Notes: a model not told the origin generated them from the sequence alone. DNA of 64,000 bases from Thermoplasmata archaeon (GCA_035502455.1 DATJUI010000015.1:50249-114248); one strand, 5' to 3'. Positions 47,374 through 57,082 are shown, counted from the first letter of the stretch. Numbers and translations: made by a program.

Positions 47374-47604
47374 ATGACGAAGACCTTCCTCCTGCTCCAG
47401 CTCGACAGCGAGGGGGCTCCGTACTCCTCGGTCGCCGAGGTCCTCGAGGACCTCGGCTTTCGGCCGGAGACGGAGGGCTACGACTTCGTCTACGACTGGC
47501 AACGGCCCGCGACGATCGACGAGTCGCTCGCGTTCGCCGACCGGATCCAGGAAGCGCTGCGCGGGAAACGCGTCCGGTTCCGGATCGAGTCGACCGACGA
47601 CTGA
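47374..47604 (+). CDS. Small conserved hypothetical protein (paralog of 7386-7607)
   Basis: DSEG, GF.P...GYDFVYDW and L....V.F.IES. Confidence 0.75.
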   Translation: MTKTFLLLQLDSEGAPYSSVAEVLEDLGFRPETEGYDFVYDWQRPATIDESLAFADRIQEALRGKRVRFRIESTDD

Positions 47605-47652
47605 ACTCGAACCGACCCCGTCCGTTATAATCCGACCCCCGGTTCGCCGCCG

Positions 47653-48639
47653 ATGATCGTCCTCGGGATCGAGTCGACGGCGCACACGGCGTCCGTCGGC
47701 ATCGTCGACGGGACGGCGACGGTCCTCGGGCTCGCGTCGGACATGTACCGACCGCCCGCGGGCGGGATCCACCCGCGCGAGGCGGCGAACCACCATGTCG
47801 AGCGGTTCCCGTCGCTGGTCCGGGGCGCGCTCGAGGCCGCCCAGGTGCGGCCGTCGGAGATCGACGCGGTCGCGTTCGCCCAGGGGCCCGGACTCGGCCC
47901 GTGCCTGCGGGCCGGCGCGACGGTCGCCCGGGTCCTCGCGCTCTCGTGGGACCGGCCGCTCGTCCCGGTCAACCACTGCGTCGCGCACGTGGAGATCGCG
48001 CGCGTGCTGAGCGGGCTCGACGACCCGCTCTTGTTGTACGCGAGCGGCGGTAACACCCAGGTGATCGCCCACGGCCGCGGGCGCTACCGCGTCCTCGGCG
48101 AGACGCTCGACATCGGCATCGGGAACTTCCTCGACAAGCTGTGGATCGACCTCGGCGGGGTCTTTCCGGGCGGCCCGGCGATCGAGCAGGAGGCGAAGCT
48201 CGGGCAGTCGCTCCTGCCGCTCCCGTACTCGGTGCACGGCATGGACGTCGCGTTCTCGGGGATGCTCACCGCCGCGCTCGCGCTCCGCGAGAAGGGGGCG
48301 AGCCGGCCCGACCTCTCGTACTCCGTGGAGGTGACCGCCTACGCGATGCTGACGGAGATCACGGAGCGGGCGCTCGCCCACCGCCGGCGCGACGGCGTCG
48401 TCCTCGGCGGCGGGGTCGCGTGCAACGAGCGGCTCCGCGGGATGGTGCGCGCGATGGTGGAGAGCCGCGGCGGCACGATGTTCGCGCCGCCCCGCAGCCT
48501 CTGCGTCGACAACGGCGCGATGATCGCCTGGACCGGCCTCCTCGGGCACCGCGCGGGGCTGCGCGTCGCCATCGCCGATTCCGCGATCCAGCCCCGCCAG
48601 CGGACGGACCTCGTGGAAACGCCGTGGCGCGGGAGCTGA
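47653..48639 (+). CDS. kae1: tRNA t6A threonylcarbamoyltransferase Kae1 (not fused to Bud32)
   Basis: LGIESTAHT, GIHPREA, GPGLGPCL, NHCVAHVE, SGGNT, GETLD and DNGAMIA; TTATAAT box at 47625-47631. Confidence 0.96.
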   Translation: MIVLGIESTAHTASVGIVDGTATVLGLASDMYRPPAGGIHPREAANHHVERFPSLVRGALEAAQVRPSEIDAVAFAQGPGLGPCLRAGATVARVLALSWDRPLVPVNHCVAHVEIARVLSGLDDPLLLYASGGNTQVIAHGRGRYRVLGETLDIGIGNFLDKLWIDLGGVFPGGPAIEQEAKLGQSLLPLPYSVHGMDVAFSGMLTAALALREKGASRPDLSYSVEVTAYAMLTEITERALAHRRRDGVVLGGGVACNERLRGMVRAMVESRGGTMFAPPRSLCVDNGAMIAWTGLLGHRAGLRVAIADSAIQPRQRTDLVETPWRGS

Positions 48640-48682
48640 GCCGCCCCGGACCCTCCTTATACCGAGCTCCGCTCGGCCGGCC

Positions 48683-49927
48683 GTGGAGACGGTCGACGTC
48701 CTCGTGGTGGGTGCGGGACCCGCCGGCTCCACGGCGGCCGAGGCGCTCGCGCGGGCCGGCCACCGCGTCCGGGTCGTGGAGGAGCACCCTCGGGTCGGCT
48801 ACCCGGTCCAGTGCGCCGGCCTCGTCTCGCAGCGGGTGCTCGATCTCGCCGGCGACCGGTCGTTCGTCCGCCGGCCCGTCGTCGGCGCCTCCGTCTTCGG
48901 TCCGGCGCTCGCCGCGGTGTCGTTCAAGGCCCCGGATCCCCGGGCCTACGTGATCGACCGGGGGGCGCTCGACGTCCACCTCGCCGACCGTGCGGCCCGG
49001 GCGGGGGCCGAGTTCGAGACCGGCGCGACGTTCCGTCGCCGCCGACCCTCGGCCGACGGCCACGAGGCGATCGAGCTGCGCCGCGACGACGGGACGACCG
49101 CCGAGGTCGCGGCCCGGGTCGTGGTCGGGGCCGACGGCGTCGCGAGCGCGGTCGCGCGCGCCTACCGGCTGCGGCGCCCGATCGAGATCCTGCCCGCGTT
49201 CGAGGCCGAGTTCCCCCATAGCCCGGGCGACCCCGACACGGTCGAGGTCTACCTCGGGCGGCGGATCTCGCCCGGGCTGTTCGGCTGGTGGATCCCCGAC
49301 GGCGCCGGCGGGGCGCGCGTGGGGGTCGCCGCCGACGCGGACGGCACCTCCGCGCGCCGCTACTTCGATCGCCTCGTCGCCCGGCTCGAGACGCGGTTCG
49401 GAGTGCGCCTCGCGAGCCCGACCGCGTACCTCGCGTCCGGGATCCCGATCGGCGACGTCCCCCGGACCCACGGCGACCGCGTGGTGCTCGTCGGGGACGC
49501 CGCGGCGCAGGTGAAGCCGCTGTCGGGCGGCGGCATCTTCACCGGCATGCGCTGCGCGGCCCTCGCGGCCGCCGCGATCGACCGCGCGCTCCGCGCCGGG
49601 GACGTCTCGGCGGCCGGCCTCGCGCCGTACGAGGCCGCGTGGCGCGCCGAGTTCGGTGAGGAGTTCCGCCGGGCGCTCCATCTTCGGCGGGTGCTCGCCC
49701 GGCTCACGGACCGCGATCTCGACGCGGTCGTGGAGGCGCTCCGGACCGGGCGCCACGGGCCGACGATCGTGGCGTTCGGCGACATCGACTTCCCGACCCA
49801 CCTCGCGCGGCGGCTGCTCGCCGACTCGCCACGGCTCGTCCGGCTCCTGCCGAAGGCGCTCGGCGCGTGGTTCTCGTCCGGCGACTACCGCACGCCCGAG
49901 CTGGATTTCGAGGTGCGCCGGAAGTAG
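48683..49927 (+). CDS. Geranylgeranyl reductase family (DGGGPL reductase-like)
   Basis: GAGPAGS, PVQCAG, GADG, W.IP and GDAA.QVKPLSGGGI. Confidence 0.9.
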   Translation: METVDVLVVGAGPAGSTAAEALARAGHRVRVVEEHPRVGYPVQCAGLVSQRVLDLAGDRSFVRRPVVGASVFGPALAAVSFKAPDPRAYVIDRGALDVHLADRAARAGAEFETGATFRRRRPSADGHEAIELRRDDGTTAEVAARVVVGADGVASAVARAYRLRRPIEILPAFEAEFPHSPGDPDTVEVYLGRRISPGLFGWWIPDGAGGARVGVAADADGTSARRYFDRLVARLETRFGVRLASPTAYLASGIPIGDVPRTHGDRVVLVGDAAAQVKPLSGGGIFTGMRCAALAAAAIDRALRAGDVSAAGLAPYEAAWRAEFGEEFRRALHLRRVLARLTDRDLDAVVEALRTGRHGPTIVAFGDIDFPTHLARRLLADSPRLVRLLPKALGAWFSSGDYRTPELDFEVRRK

Positions 49928-50631
49928 ACGTACGCGCCCGCCCCGACCAGGACGACCCCCGCCCCGGCGACCGCGGCGAGCGCCCAGTCGATCCCGTTCG
50001 AGCTCACGAGGACGGCCGTCTCGGCGAGGACGCCCGACACCCCGAGGCGGGTCAGGTTGATCGTCACGCTCCCGTTCGGCAGCTCGGTCGCGTTGGCCCA
50101 CTCGCTCGCGGAGAACCAGCCCCGCGACGCGAGCCGGTAGCCCGTGCCGTTCTCGGTGAACGTGAGGGCCGTCCGGATCGCGTACGTTCCGCTCGGGGTC
50201 GTCGCGGAGGTCGCGATCGCCACGGCGCCCGGGACGGAGGCGTGCGGGGCCACGCTGCCCAGCGAGACGTTCACCGTGGGGCCGGACGCCGTCGCATTGG
50301 CGAGCACGGGAGGGGCCGAGCTCGGCAGCACGCCGGTCGCGTTCCCCGGGAACCCGTTGAAGGCGTACAGGCCGACGGTGAGGACGGCACGAACGAGCGG
50401 CGCGTCGAGCGGATTGCCGACGGTGAACGAGACGGAGCCCCCGCCGCCCGGCGCGAGCGACGGCGCGGAGAGGTTCGAGAGGAACTCCCGGTCGTCGCCG
50501 ATCGGGAGCGGCGGGTAGCCGGCCGCCGGCGCGGCCGCGCGGGCCGCCCCGGGCGCGATCAGCAGCAGCGCGGCGACCGCGAGCGAGAGGGCGAGGGTCC
50601 CGGACCGCGCGAATCGACGCCGGTCAGCCAC
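49885..50631 (-). CDS. Secreted, C-terminally anchored hypothetical protein
   Basis: Signal peptide, Ig-like beta-rich body, TM helix and basic tail. Confidence 0.75.
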   Translation of the reverse strand: MADRRRFARSGTLALSLAVAALLLIAPGAARAAAPAAGYPPLPIGDDREFLSNLSAPSLAPGGGGSVSFTVGNPLDAPLVRAVLTVGLYAFNGFPGNATGVLPSSAPPVLANATASGPTVNVSLGSVAPHASVPGAVAIATSATTPSGTYAIRTALTFTENGTGYRLASRGWFSASEWANATELPNGSVTINLTRLGVSGVLAETAVLVSSNGIDWALAAVAGAGVVLVGAGAYVYFRRTSKSSSGVR

Positions 50632-51517
50632 CGGGCTCCTCCGGGTATCGTCCGCTCTCCGCGAGGGCGACGAGTCGCCGGATCCGCTCGACGGCCTGAC
50701 GACGGCCCCGGGCCCCGCCGACGCCGAGCAGGCCGGCCCCGAGTCCCGACATCGGCGCGACCCGGCTCGCCTTGAAGAGCGCCCGGGCGAGCGCCCGCGG
50801 GTGGTGCGTGAGCTCGACCGCGTCCCAGTCGGCCCGGAACTCCTCGCGCGCGGTCAGGGCGCTCGCCACGTAGCCGAGGACGGGGTCCCAGCGCATCATG
50901 CGGGCGAACGTGCGCAGGAACGTGAGGTAGCGGCCGTCGAGCTCCCGGGCGTGGCCGAGCTCGTGGGCGACGACCGCCGCCTGCTCGTCGTCGGTGAGGA
51001 GCTCGAGGAGCCCCTCCGAGATCAGCACGACGTCGCGGCGTCGGAGGCCGCCGGACGCCCCGCGCTCGAGCAGCGTGAAGGTGAACGCGTTCGGTTCGGG
51101 CCCGGCGTACGAGAGGAGGGAGGTCGGCGTGGCCGGCGCCGCGACGGCGGCCGGCCACGGGAGCGGGCGGGGGCGGAGGGCGAGGAGGAATCCCCGGCCG
51201 ACCGCCTGGCTCAGGAGGAAGGCGGCGAGGAAGACCCCGAAGGCGCCGGCCGCCCCCGCGACCCAGAACAGGTAGTACCGCGACTGGAACGGGGTGAACG
51301 GCGCGCGGGCGAGCACGAGGACCGCGCTCCAGCCCCCGTCCAGCGCGACCCAGACGAGCGCGGTCGTCGCAAAGACGGCCCACCCCGCGACGAACAGCAC
51401 CGCGAGCCGAAGGGCGGTGGCCGACGAGGCACGTCGCACGGCGACGGCGAGGCCGAGCCCCGCGGCGAGCCATCCCGCGACCGGTAGAAGCACCCAGACC
51501 AGGTCGGTCGCCTGCAT
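50624..51517 (-). CDS. Membrane zinc metalloprotease (M56 BlaR1-like / M48)
   Basis: Three N-terminal TM helices, PNAFT, VVAHELGH, EFRAD and ERIRRL. Confidence 0.85.
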   Translation of the reverse strand: MQATDLVWVLLPVAGWLAAGLGLAVAVRRASSATALRLAVLFVAGWAVFATTALVWVALDGGWSAVLVLARAPFTPFQSRYYLFWVAGAAGAFGVFLAAFLLSQAVGRGFLLALRPRPLPWPAAVAAPATPTSLLSYAGPEPNAFTFTLLERGASGGLRRRDVVLISEGLLELLTDDEQAAVVAHELGHARELDGRYLTFLRTFARMMRWDPVLGYVASALTAREEFRADWDAVELTHHPRALARALFKASRVAPMSGLGAGLLGVGGARGRRQAVERIRRLVALAESGRYPEEPGG

Positions 51518-51539
51518 GCCTCGGCTTCGATCCGGCCGT

Positions 51540-51905
51540 TCACTCGAGGCCGAGCCGACGGCGCAGCTCGCGCTCCTCCTTCGGATGGAGCTTCGCGATC
51601 TCCTCGTTCAAGTGGACGACCCCCGCGGGCCCGAACAGGGCCACGACCCCCTTAAGGAGGTTGATGAGGTACTTCTCCTCCACGTTGCCGGTCCGGTAGA
51701 CGTACCGCTCCCCGCCCCGGCAGGTCTCCCGGCGACGCCGGACGAGCCCCTTCGCATGGAGCCGGCCCAGGATCGTGGCGACCGTGGTGTAGGCGACCTT
51801 GGTCCCGCGCTTTTCGAGCGAGGCCCGGACGTCGCGGGCCGGCGCCTCTCCGAGGTCGCGGAGGCACGCGATCACCTGCGCCTCCAGCTCGCCGAGCATC
51901 TCCAC
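51540..51905 (-). CDS. BlaI/MecI/CopY-family repressor
   Basis: LGELEAQVI, AYTTVATIL.RL..KGLV.R and YVY. Confidence 0.9.
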   Translation of the reverse strand: MEMLGELEAQVIACLRDLGEAPARDVRASLEKRGTKVAYTTVATILGRLHAKGLVRRRRETCRGGERYVYRTGNVEEKYLINLLKGVVALFGPAGVVHLNEEIAKLHPKEERELRRRLGLE

Positions 51906-52060
51906 GCGGGGACGACCCGAGCGCCCGCCTTAAGGCATACGGCGGAGACGAACGAACCAGTACGTACCGTGCGATTTCCGGCGGCCCCGACCGTCCGCCC
52001 GGCCCCGCGGGGGCCGCCGCGACGACAATTGACTTATGGGGAGGCCCCCTCGCGGCGCCG

Positions 52061-53458
52061 GTGACCGGGGCCCCCCGCCCGCAGAGCATCCTCGACCTGG
52101 TCGGCAACACGCCGGTCGTCCCGCTGCGCCGGGTGTCGGCGGGCGCCCCGTACCGGCTCCTCGCGAAGCTCGAGTATCTCAATCCGGGCGGCTCGGTCAA
52201 GGACCGCATCGGCGCGTCGATGATCGACGAGGCCGAGCGCAAGGGCCTGTTGAAACCGGGCGGGACCATCGTCGAGGCGACGAGCGGCAACACCGGGGTC
52301 GGCCTCGCCCTGATCGCCGCCGTGCGCGGCTACCGCTCGGTGTTCGTCCTCCCCGACAAGATGAGCTCGGAGAAGATCCGGCTCCTGCGGGCGTACGGGG
52401 CGCGGGTGATCGTCACCCCGAGCCAGCTCCCGCCGGACCATCCGATGAGCCACTACTCCGTGGCCCGCCGGCTGGCGCGGGAGATCCCGGGCGCCTACTA
52501 CCCCAACCAGTACGAGAACCCGGGCAATCCGGACGCGCACTACCGCACGACCGGGCCCGAGATCGACCGGGACGGCGGGGACGACCTTGCGGCGGTCATC
52601 GGCACCGTCGGCACCGGGGGCACGATGAGCGGCGTCGGCCGCTACTTCAAGGAGCGGCGGCCGACGGTGCGGATCGTCGCGGTCGACCCGGTCGGCTCCG
52701 TGCTCGGGCCGTTCTTCCGGACCCACGAGCTCACCCGGGCGGTCCCGTACCAGGTGGAGGGGATCGGCGAGGACATGGTCCCGAAGACGATCCACTTCCA
52801 GTACCTCGACGAGTTCGTGGAAGTGAACGACCGGCAGTCGTTCCAGATGGCCCGTCGGCTCGCCCGCGAGGAAGGGATGTTCGTCGGCGGGTCGGGCGGG
52901 GCCGCCGTCGCCGGCGCCCTCAAGTGGCTCGCCGACCGTCCCGTCCCCGAGGGGTCGACGGTCGTCGTGATCCTCCCCGACTCCGGGGACCGGTACCTGT
53001 CGAAGTTCTACTCGGACGAGTGGATGCGCGAGAAGGGGTTCGTGGAGGTCGGCTCGACGGCGCGGGACCTGATCGGCCGGAAGGCGGGCACGCCGTTCCT
53101 CGTCGCCGCCGATCCGACGACGGTCGTCCGGGACGCCCTTGCGATGCTGCGCCACTACGACATCGCGCAGATGCCGGTGATCGCCGGCACGACGAACGTG
53201 GGCAGCTTCCAGGAGGACGAGGTCCTGCGCCGGGCCCTCGCCGACGACACGGTCCTCGAGCGGACGGTCTCCGCCGTGCTCTCGCCGCCGTTCGCGGAGA
53301 TCGCCGCGGACGTGCCGGTCGGCGAGGTGCTGCACCGCCTCAAGGAGGAGAAGGCCCTGCTCGTCCGGGACGCGGCGACGGACACGCCGATCGGGGTCCT
53401 CACGCGGCACGATCTCCTCGGATTCCTGTCGGAGCAGGAGGGCGGCCATGCGGTTTGA
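52061..53458 (+). CDS. Cystathionine beta-synthase with C-terminal CBS pair
   Basis: NPGGSVKDR (PLP Lys), EATSGNTG, GTGGT, YQVEGIGED, PDSG.RYLSKFY and CBS domains. Confidence 0.92.
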   Translation: MTGAPRPQSILDLVGNTPVVPLRRVSAGAPYRLLAKLEYLNPGGSVKDRIGASMIDEAERKGLLKPGGTIVEATSGNTGVGLALIAAVRGYRSVFVLPDKMSSEKIRLLRAYGARVIVTPSQLPPDHPMSHYSVARRLAREIPGAYYPNQYENPGNPDAHYRTTGPEIDRDGGDDLAAVIGTVGTGGTMSGVGRYFKERRPTVRIVAVDPVGSVLGPFFRTHELTRAVPYQVEGIGEDMVPKTIHFQYLDEFVEVNDRQSFQMARRLAREEGMFVGGSGGAAVAGALKWLADRPVPEGSTVVVILPDSGDRYLSKFYSDEWMREKGFVEVGSTARDLIGRKAGTPFLVAADPTTVVRDALAMLRHYDIAQMPVIAGTTNVGSFQEDEVLRRALADDTVLERTVSAVLSPPFAEIAADVPVGEVLHRLKEEKALLVRDAATDTPIGVLTRHDLLGFLSEQEGGHAV

Positions 53459-54590
53459 CACGCGCCTCATCCACGCGCGCCAGCCCGCGGACGCGCTCAC
53501 GGGAGCGGTCAACCCGCCGATCTACCTCTCCTCGACCTTTCGGCAGCGGGCGCCGAACCGGAACCAGGGATACGTCTACTCGCGTTCGGGCAACCCGACC
53601 CGGACGGTGCTCGAGGGGATCCTCGCCGACCTCGAGTCGGGGGCCCGGGGCCTCGCCTTCGCGTCGGGACTCGGGGCGCTGACCACCGTCCTCGAAGCGT
53701 TCCCGTCCGGGAGCCGGATCGTCTCCGTCGACGACGTCTACGGCGGGACGTGGCGCCTCTTCGAGCACCACCGTACGCAGTTCGGGATCCGGGTCGACTA
53801 CGTCGACCTCACCGACGCCGCGGCGACGGACGAGGCGCTCGCCACCCCGGCCGATCTCGTCTGGATCGAGACGCCGACCAATCCGCTCCTCAAGGTCGTC
53901 GACCTGAAGCGCGTGGTCCGGCGGGCCCACGCCGCCGGCGGGCTCGTGGGGGTCGACAACACGTTCGCCACGCCGGCGCTCCAGCGTCCGATCGAGTACG
54001 GCGCCGATCTCGTGCTCCACTCGACGACGAAGTACCTCGGCGGCCATTCGGACATCATCGGCGGGGCTCTCGTGCTCGCCCGCCCGCGGGACGGCGAGCG
54101 GTTCGCCTGGCTGCAGAACGCGGTCGGCGCCGTGCCGAGCCCGGTCGACGCGTTCCTGGTCGTGCGGGGCCTCCACACGCTCGGCCTGCGGATGCGCGCC
54201 CACGGCGCGGCGGCCGCCGCCGTCGCGGCCGCCCTCGACGGCCACCGGGCGGTCCGCACCGTGCACTACCCCGGCCTCTCGAGCCATCCGCAGCACGCCC
54301 TCGCCCGGCGCCAGATGTCGGGGTACGGCGGCATGGTGAGCGTCGAGCTCGCCGGGGGCGGGCGGGCCGCGCGGGCGTTCCTGCGACGCCTGAAGATCTT
54401 CACGCTCGCCGAGAGCTTGGGCGGGGTCGAGTCGCTGGTCGACCACCCGGCCTCGATGACGCACGCGAGCGTCCCGCGCGCCGAGCGGGAGGCCCACGGG
54501 GTCACGGACGGGCTGGTCCGCCTCTCCTGCGGCATCGAGGACCCGGCCGATCTGGTCGACGACGTCACCGCCGCCCTCCGGGACCCGTAG
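53448..54590 (+). CDS. Cystathionine gamma-lyase/synthase family
   Basis: YSRSGNPT, VYGGT, ETPTNP, DNTF, HSTTKYLGGHSD and LAESLGGVESL. Confidence 0.92.
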   Translation: MRFDTRLIHARQPADALTGAVNPPIYLSSTFRQRAPNRNQGYVYSRSGNPTRTVLEGILADLESGARGLAFASGLGALTTVLEAFPSGSRIVSVDDVYGGTWRLFEHHRTQFGIRVDYVDLTDAAATDEALATPADLVWIETPTNPLLKVVDLKRVVRRAHAAGGLVGVDNTFATPALQRPIEYGADLVLHSTTKYLGGHSDIIGGALVLARPRDGERFAWLQNAVGAVPSPVDAFLVVRGLHTLGLRMRAHGAAAAAVAAALDGHRAVRTVHYPGLSSHPQHALARRQMSGYGGMVSVELAGGGRAARAFLRRLKIFTLAESLGGVESLVDHPASMTHASVPRAEREAHGVTDGLVRLSCGIEDPADLVDDVTAALRDP

Positions 54591-54591
54591 C

Positions 54592-56040
54592 ATGCACCGG
54601 TTCACCGTCTACGACACGATGGCCCGGGCGCCGCGGGCGTTCGCGCCCCTCGTCCCGCCGTACGTCCGGATGTACGTCTGCGGGCTCACCCCGTACGCGG
54701 AGGCCCACATCGGGCACGGCCGGTTCGCGGTCGTCTTCGACATCGTCGCCCGCGCCCTGCGGCACTGGGGGTACCGGGTGCTCTACGTCCAGAACATCAC
54801 CAACCTCGACGACAAGCTGATCGCCCGGGCCGCCGAGCACGACGACGAGCCGCTCGCGCTCGCGGACCGGAACGCCGCCGAGTGGTTCCGCCTGATGGAC
54901 CGGCTCGGGGTGCGGTCGGTCGACGTCTACCCGTTCGCGACCGACTTCGTGCCCGAGATCCTCGCCCAGACCGCGCGGCTCGTGGAGCGGGGGTTCGCGT
55001 ACGTCGCCCGCGACGGCTCGGTGTACTTCCGGGTCGCGAAGTTCCCGGCGTACGGCCGACTCTCGGGGCAGCGGGTCGAGGCGCTCCAGCCCGGCGCCCG
55101 CGTCGAGATCGACGCGCGCAAGGAGGCGCCGGAGGACTTCGTGATCTGGAAGGCGGCGACGCCGGGCGAACCGAGCTGGGAGAGCCCGTGGGGCCCCGGC
55201 CGGCCGGGCTGGCACATCGAGGACACGGCGATGACCCTGCGGCTGTTCGGGGACCAGTACGACCTGCACGGCGGCGGCCTCGACCTCCTGTTCCCCCACC
55301 ACGAGGCCGAGATCGCCCTCGCCGAGTCGACGACGGGCGTGTCGCCGCTGGTCCGCTACTGGGTGCACAACGGTCTCCTGACGATGAACGGCGAGAAGAT
55401 GTCGAAGTCGATCGGCAACGTCTCGTCGCTCGCGGGGGCGATCGAGACGTACGGCGCGATGGTCGTGCGGTTCTTCTACGCGAACGCCCACTACCGCAGC
55501 CCGCTCGAGTTCCGCCCCGAGACGAGCCTCACCGAGGCGCGCGAGGCGTACCGTCGGCTCGCGGGGCCGGCCGAGCGGATCGCGGAGCTGCGGGCCGCCG
55601 GCGGCGACGACCGCCCCGGCCGCGACCTCCCCCCGACGCTCGCGCTCGAGGCCGAGCGGACGGTCGAGTCGCTCGACGCCGCGCTCGCGGACGACTTCAA
55701 CACCCGCGAGGCGATCGCGCAGCTGTTCGGCTGGGGGCGGCGCCTCGCGGAGGAGCTGCCGCGGCTCGCCGAGTACTCGGGGGAGGCGCTCGCGGAGCTG
55801 GACGCCCCGTACGTCTGGGGGCGCGAGGTGCTCGGGCTGTTCGAACGGCCCGGGGGCGGACCGTCCGGCGCGCTCGCGCGCATCGTCCCGGTCCTGCTCG
55901 ACGCCCGCGCCCGGGCCCGGGCGCGGGGCGACTACGCGGAGGCGGACCGGATCCGCGACGAGCTCCGCGCCGCGGGCGTCGAGATCGAGGACGACGCTTC
56001 GGCGACGCGCTGGCGCCTCGTCGAAACGGGCGGCGGGTGA
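54592..56040 (+). CDS. cysS: Cysteine--tRNA ligase
   Basis: YVCG.T.Y, HIGH, RPGWHIE, FPHHE, KMSKS and AD.IRD.L. Confidence 0.95.
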   Translation: MHRFTVYDTMARAPRAFAPLVPPYVRMYVCGLTPYAEAHIGHGRFAVVFDIVARALRHWGYRVLYVQNITNLDDKLIARAAEHDDEPLALADRNAAEWFRLMDRLGVRSVDVYPFATDFVPEILAQTARLVERGFAYVARDGSVYFRVAKFPAYGRLSGQRVEALQPGARVEIDARKEAPEDFVIWKAATPGEPSWESPWGPGRPGWHIEDTAMTLRLFGDQYDLHGGGLDLLFPHHEAEIALAESTTGVSPLVRYWVHNGLLTMNGEKMSKSIGNVSSLAGAIETYGAMVVRFFYANAHYRSPLEFRPETSLTEAREAYRRLAGPAERIAELRAAGGDDRPGRDLPPTLALEAERTVESLDAALADDFNTREAIAQLFGWGRRLAEELPRLAEYSGEALAELDAPYVWGREVLGLFERPGGGPSGALARIVPVLLDARARARARGDYAEADRIRDELRAAGVEIEDDASATRWRLVETGGG

Positions 56041-56041
56041 C

Positions 56042-57082
56042 GTGCGCGGCTTCGGGTTCGCGGAGCACGGCGGGCTCGACCGCCTCGCCTACGTGGAGGT
56101 GCCCGAGCCCGTGGCGGGTCCAGGCGAGGTGCGCGTGCGCGTGGGCGCCTCCGCCTTCAACCGGCTCGACCGGTTCACCCTCGCCGGGATCCCGGGCGTT
56201 CCCGTGGAGCGGCCGCACGTGCTGGGCTCCGACGGGGCCGGATCCGTCGATGCGGTCGGCGACGGGGTGACAGGCTGGTCGCCGGGCGACCGGGTGCTCC
56301 TCAATCCGGGACTCTGGGACGGCACCTGCGACGAGTGCCGCGCGGGGCGCGAGGCGCTCTGCCGCTCGTTCCGGATCGTCGGCGAGCACACCCAGGGGAC
56401 CGCGGCGCCGTACGTCGTCGTGCCGGCGCGCAACGTCCACCGGCTGCCCGCCGGCTGGAGCTTCGCCCAGGGCGCCGCCGTGCCGCTCGTGTTCCAGACC
56501 GCATGGCGGGCGCTCGCCTCCGTGGGCGAGGTCGCGGCCGGCGAGCGCGTCGCGATCGTCGGGGCCGGCGGGGGGGTCCCGACGGCCGCCGTCCAGGTGG
56601 CGAAGCTGCTCGGGGCGCGGGTCGTGGTCGCGGCGCGCGGAACGGCCAAGGAAGCGCGGGTGCGGGCGCTCGGCGCGGACGACTTCGTCACCTTCGACGA
56701 AGAGCATCCGCTCGATCGCGTGCTCTGGCAGTGGAGCGAGAAGCGCGGCGTCGACGTCATCTTCGACTCGGTCGGGACGCCGACGGTGCCGCGGTCGCTG
56801 AAGGCGATCGGGCGCGGGGGTCGGATCGTCGTGATCGGGGCGACGGCCGGGCCCGTCGCCGAGGTCGATCTCCGCACCCTGTTCTGGCGTCAGGCGTCGA
56901 TCCGGGGCAGCACGATGGCGAACGCCGCCGAGTTCGCGACGGTGCTCGGCCACCTCGCGGCCGGCCGGCTCCGACCGGTGATCGACACCGCGTTCCCGTT
57001 CGACCGCGCTGCGGAGGCGTTCCGCCGGTTCGACGCCCCCGAGCTGTTCGGCAAGATCGTGCTGGAGCTGCCGGCCCCGTAG
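56042..57082 (+). CDS. Medium-chain dehydrogenase/reductase (Zn-ADH-like / quinone oxidoreductase)
   Basis: NRLD, HVLGSDGAG, DGTCDEC...C, GAGGGV and FGKIVL. Confidence 0.88.
   Translation: MRGFGFAEHGGLDRLAYVEVPEPVAGPGEVRVRVGASAFNRLDRFTLAGIPGVPVERPHVLGSDGAGSVDAVGDGVTGWSPGDRVLLNPGLWDGTCDECRAGREALCRSFRIVGEHTQGTAAPYVVVPARNVHRLPAGWSFAQGAAVPLVFQTAWRALASVGEVAAGERVAIVGAGGGVPTAAVQVAKLLGARVVVAARGTAKEARVRALGADDFVTFDEEHPLDRVLWQWSEKRGVDVIFDSVGTPTVPRSLKAIGRGGRIVVIGATAGPVAEVDLRTLFWRQASIRGSTMANAAEFATVLGHLAAGRLRPVIDTAFPFDRAAEAFRRFDAPELFGKIVLELPAP

Noticed and set aside
56150..56360. Loss of the catalytic-zinc Cys/GHE motif in the MDR enzyme as a novelty
   Set aside because: An N..D / G.D pattern with a retained structural zinc site is a known MDR subfamily feature.
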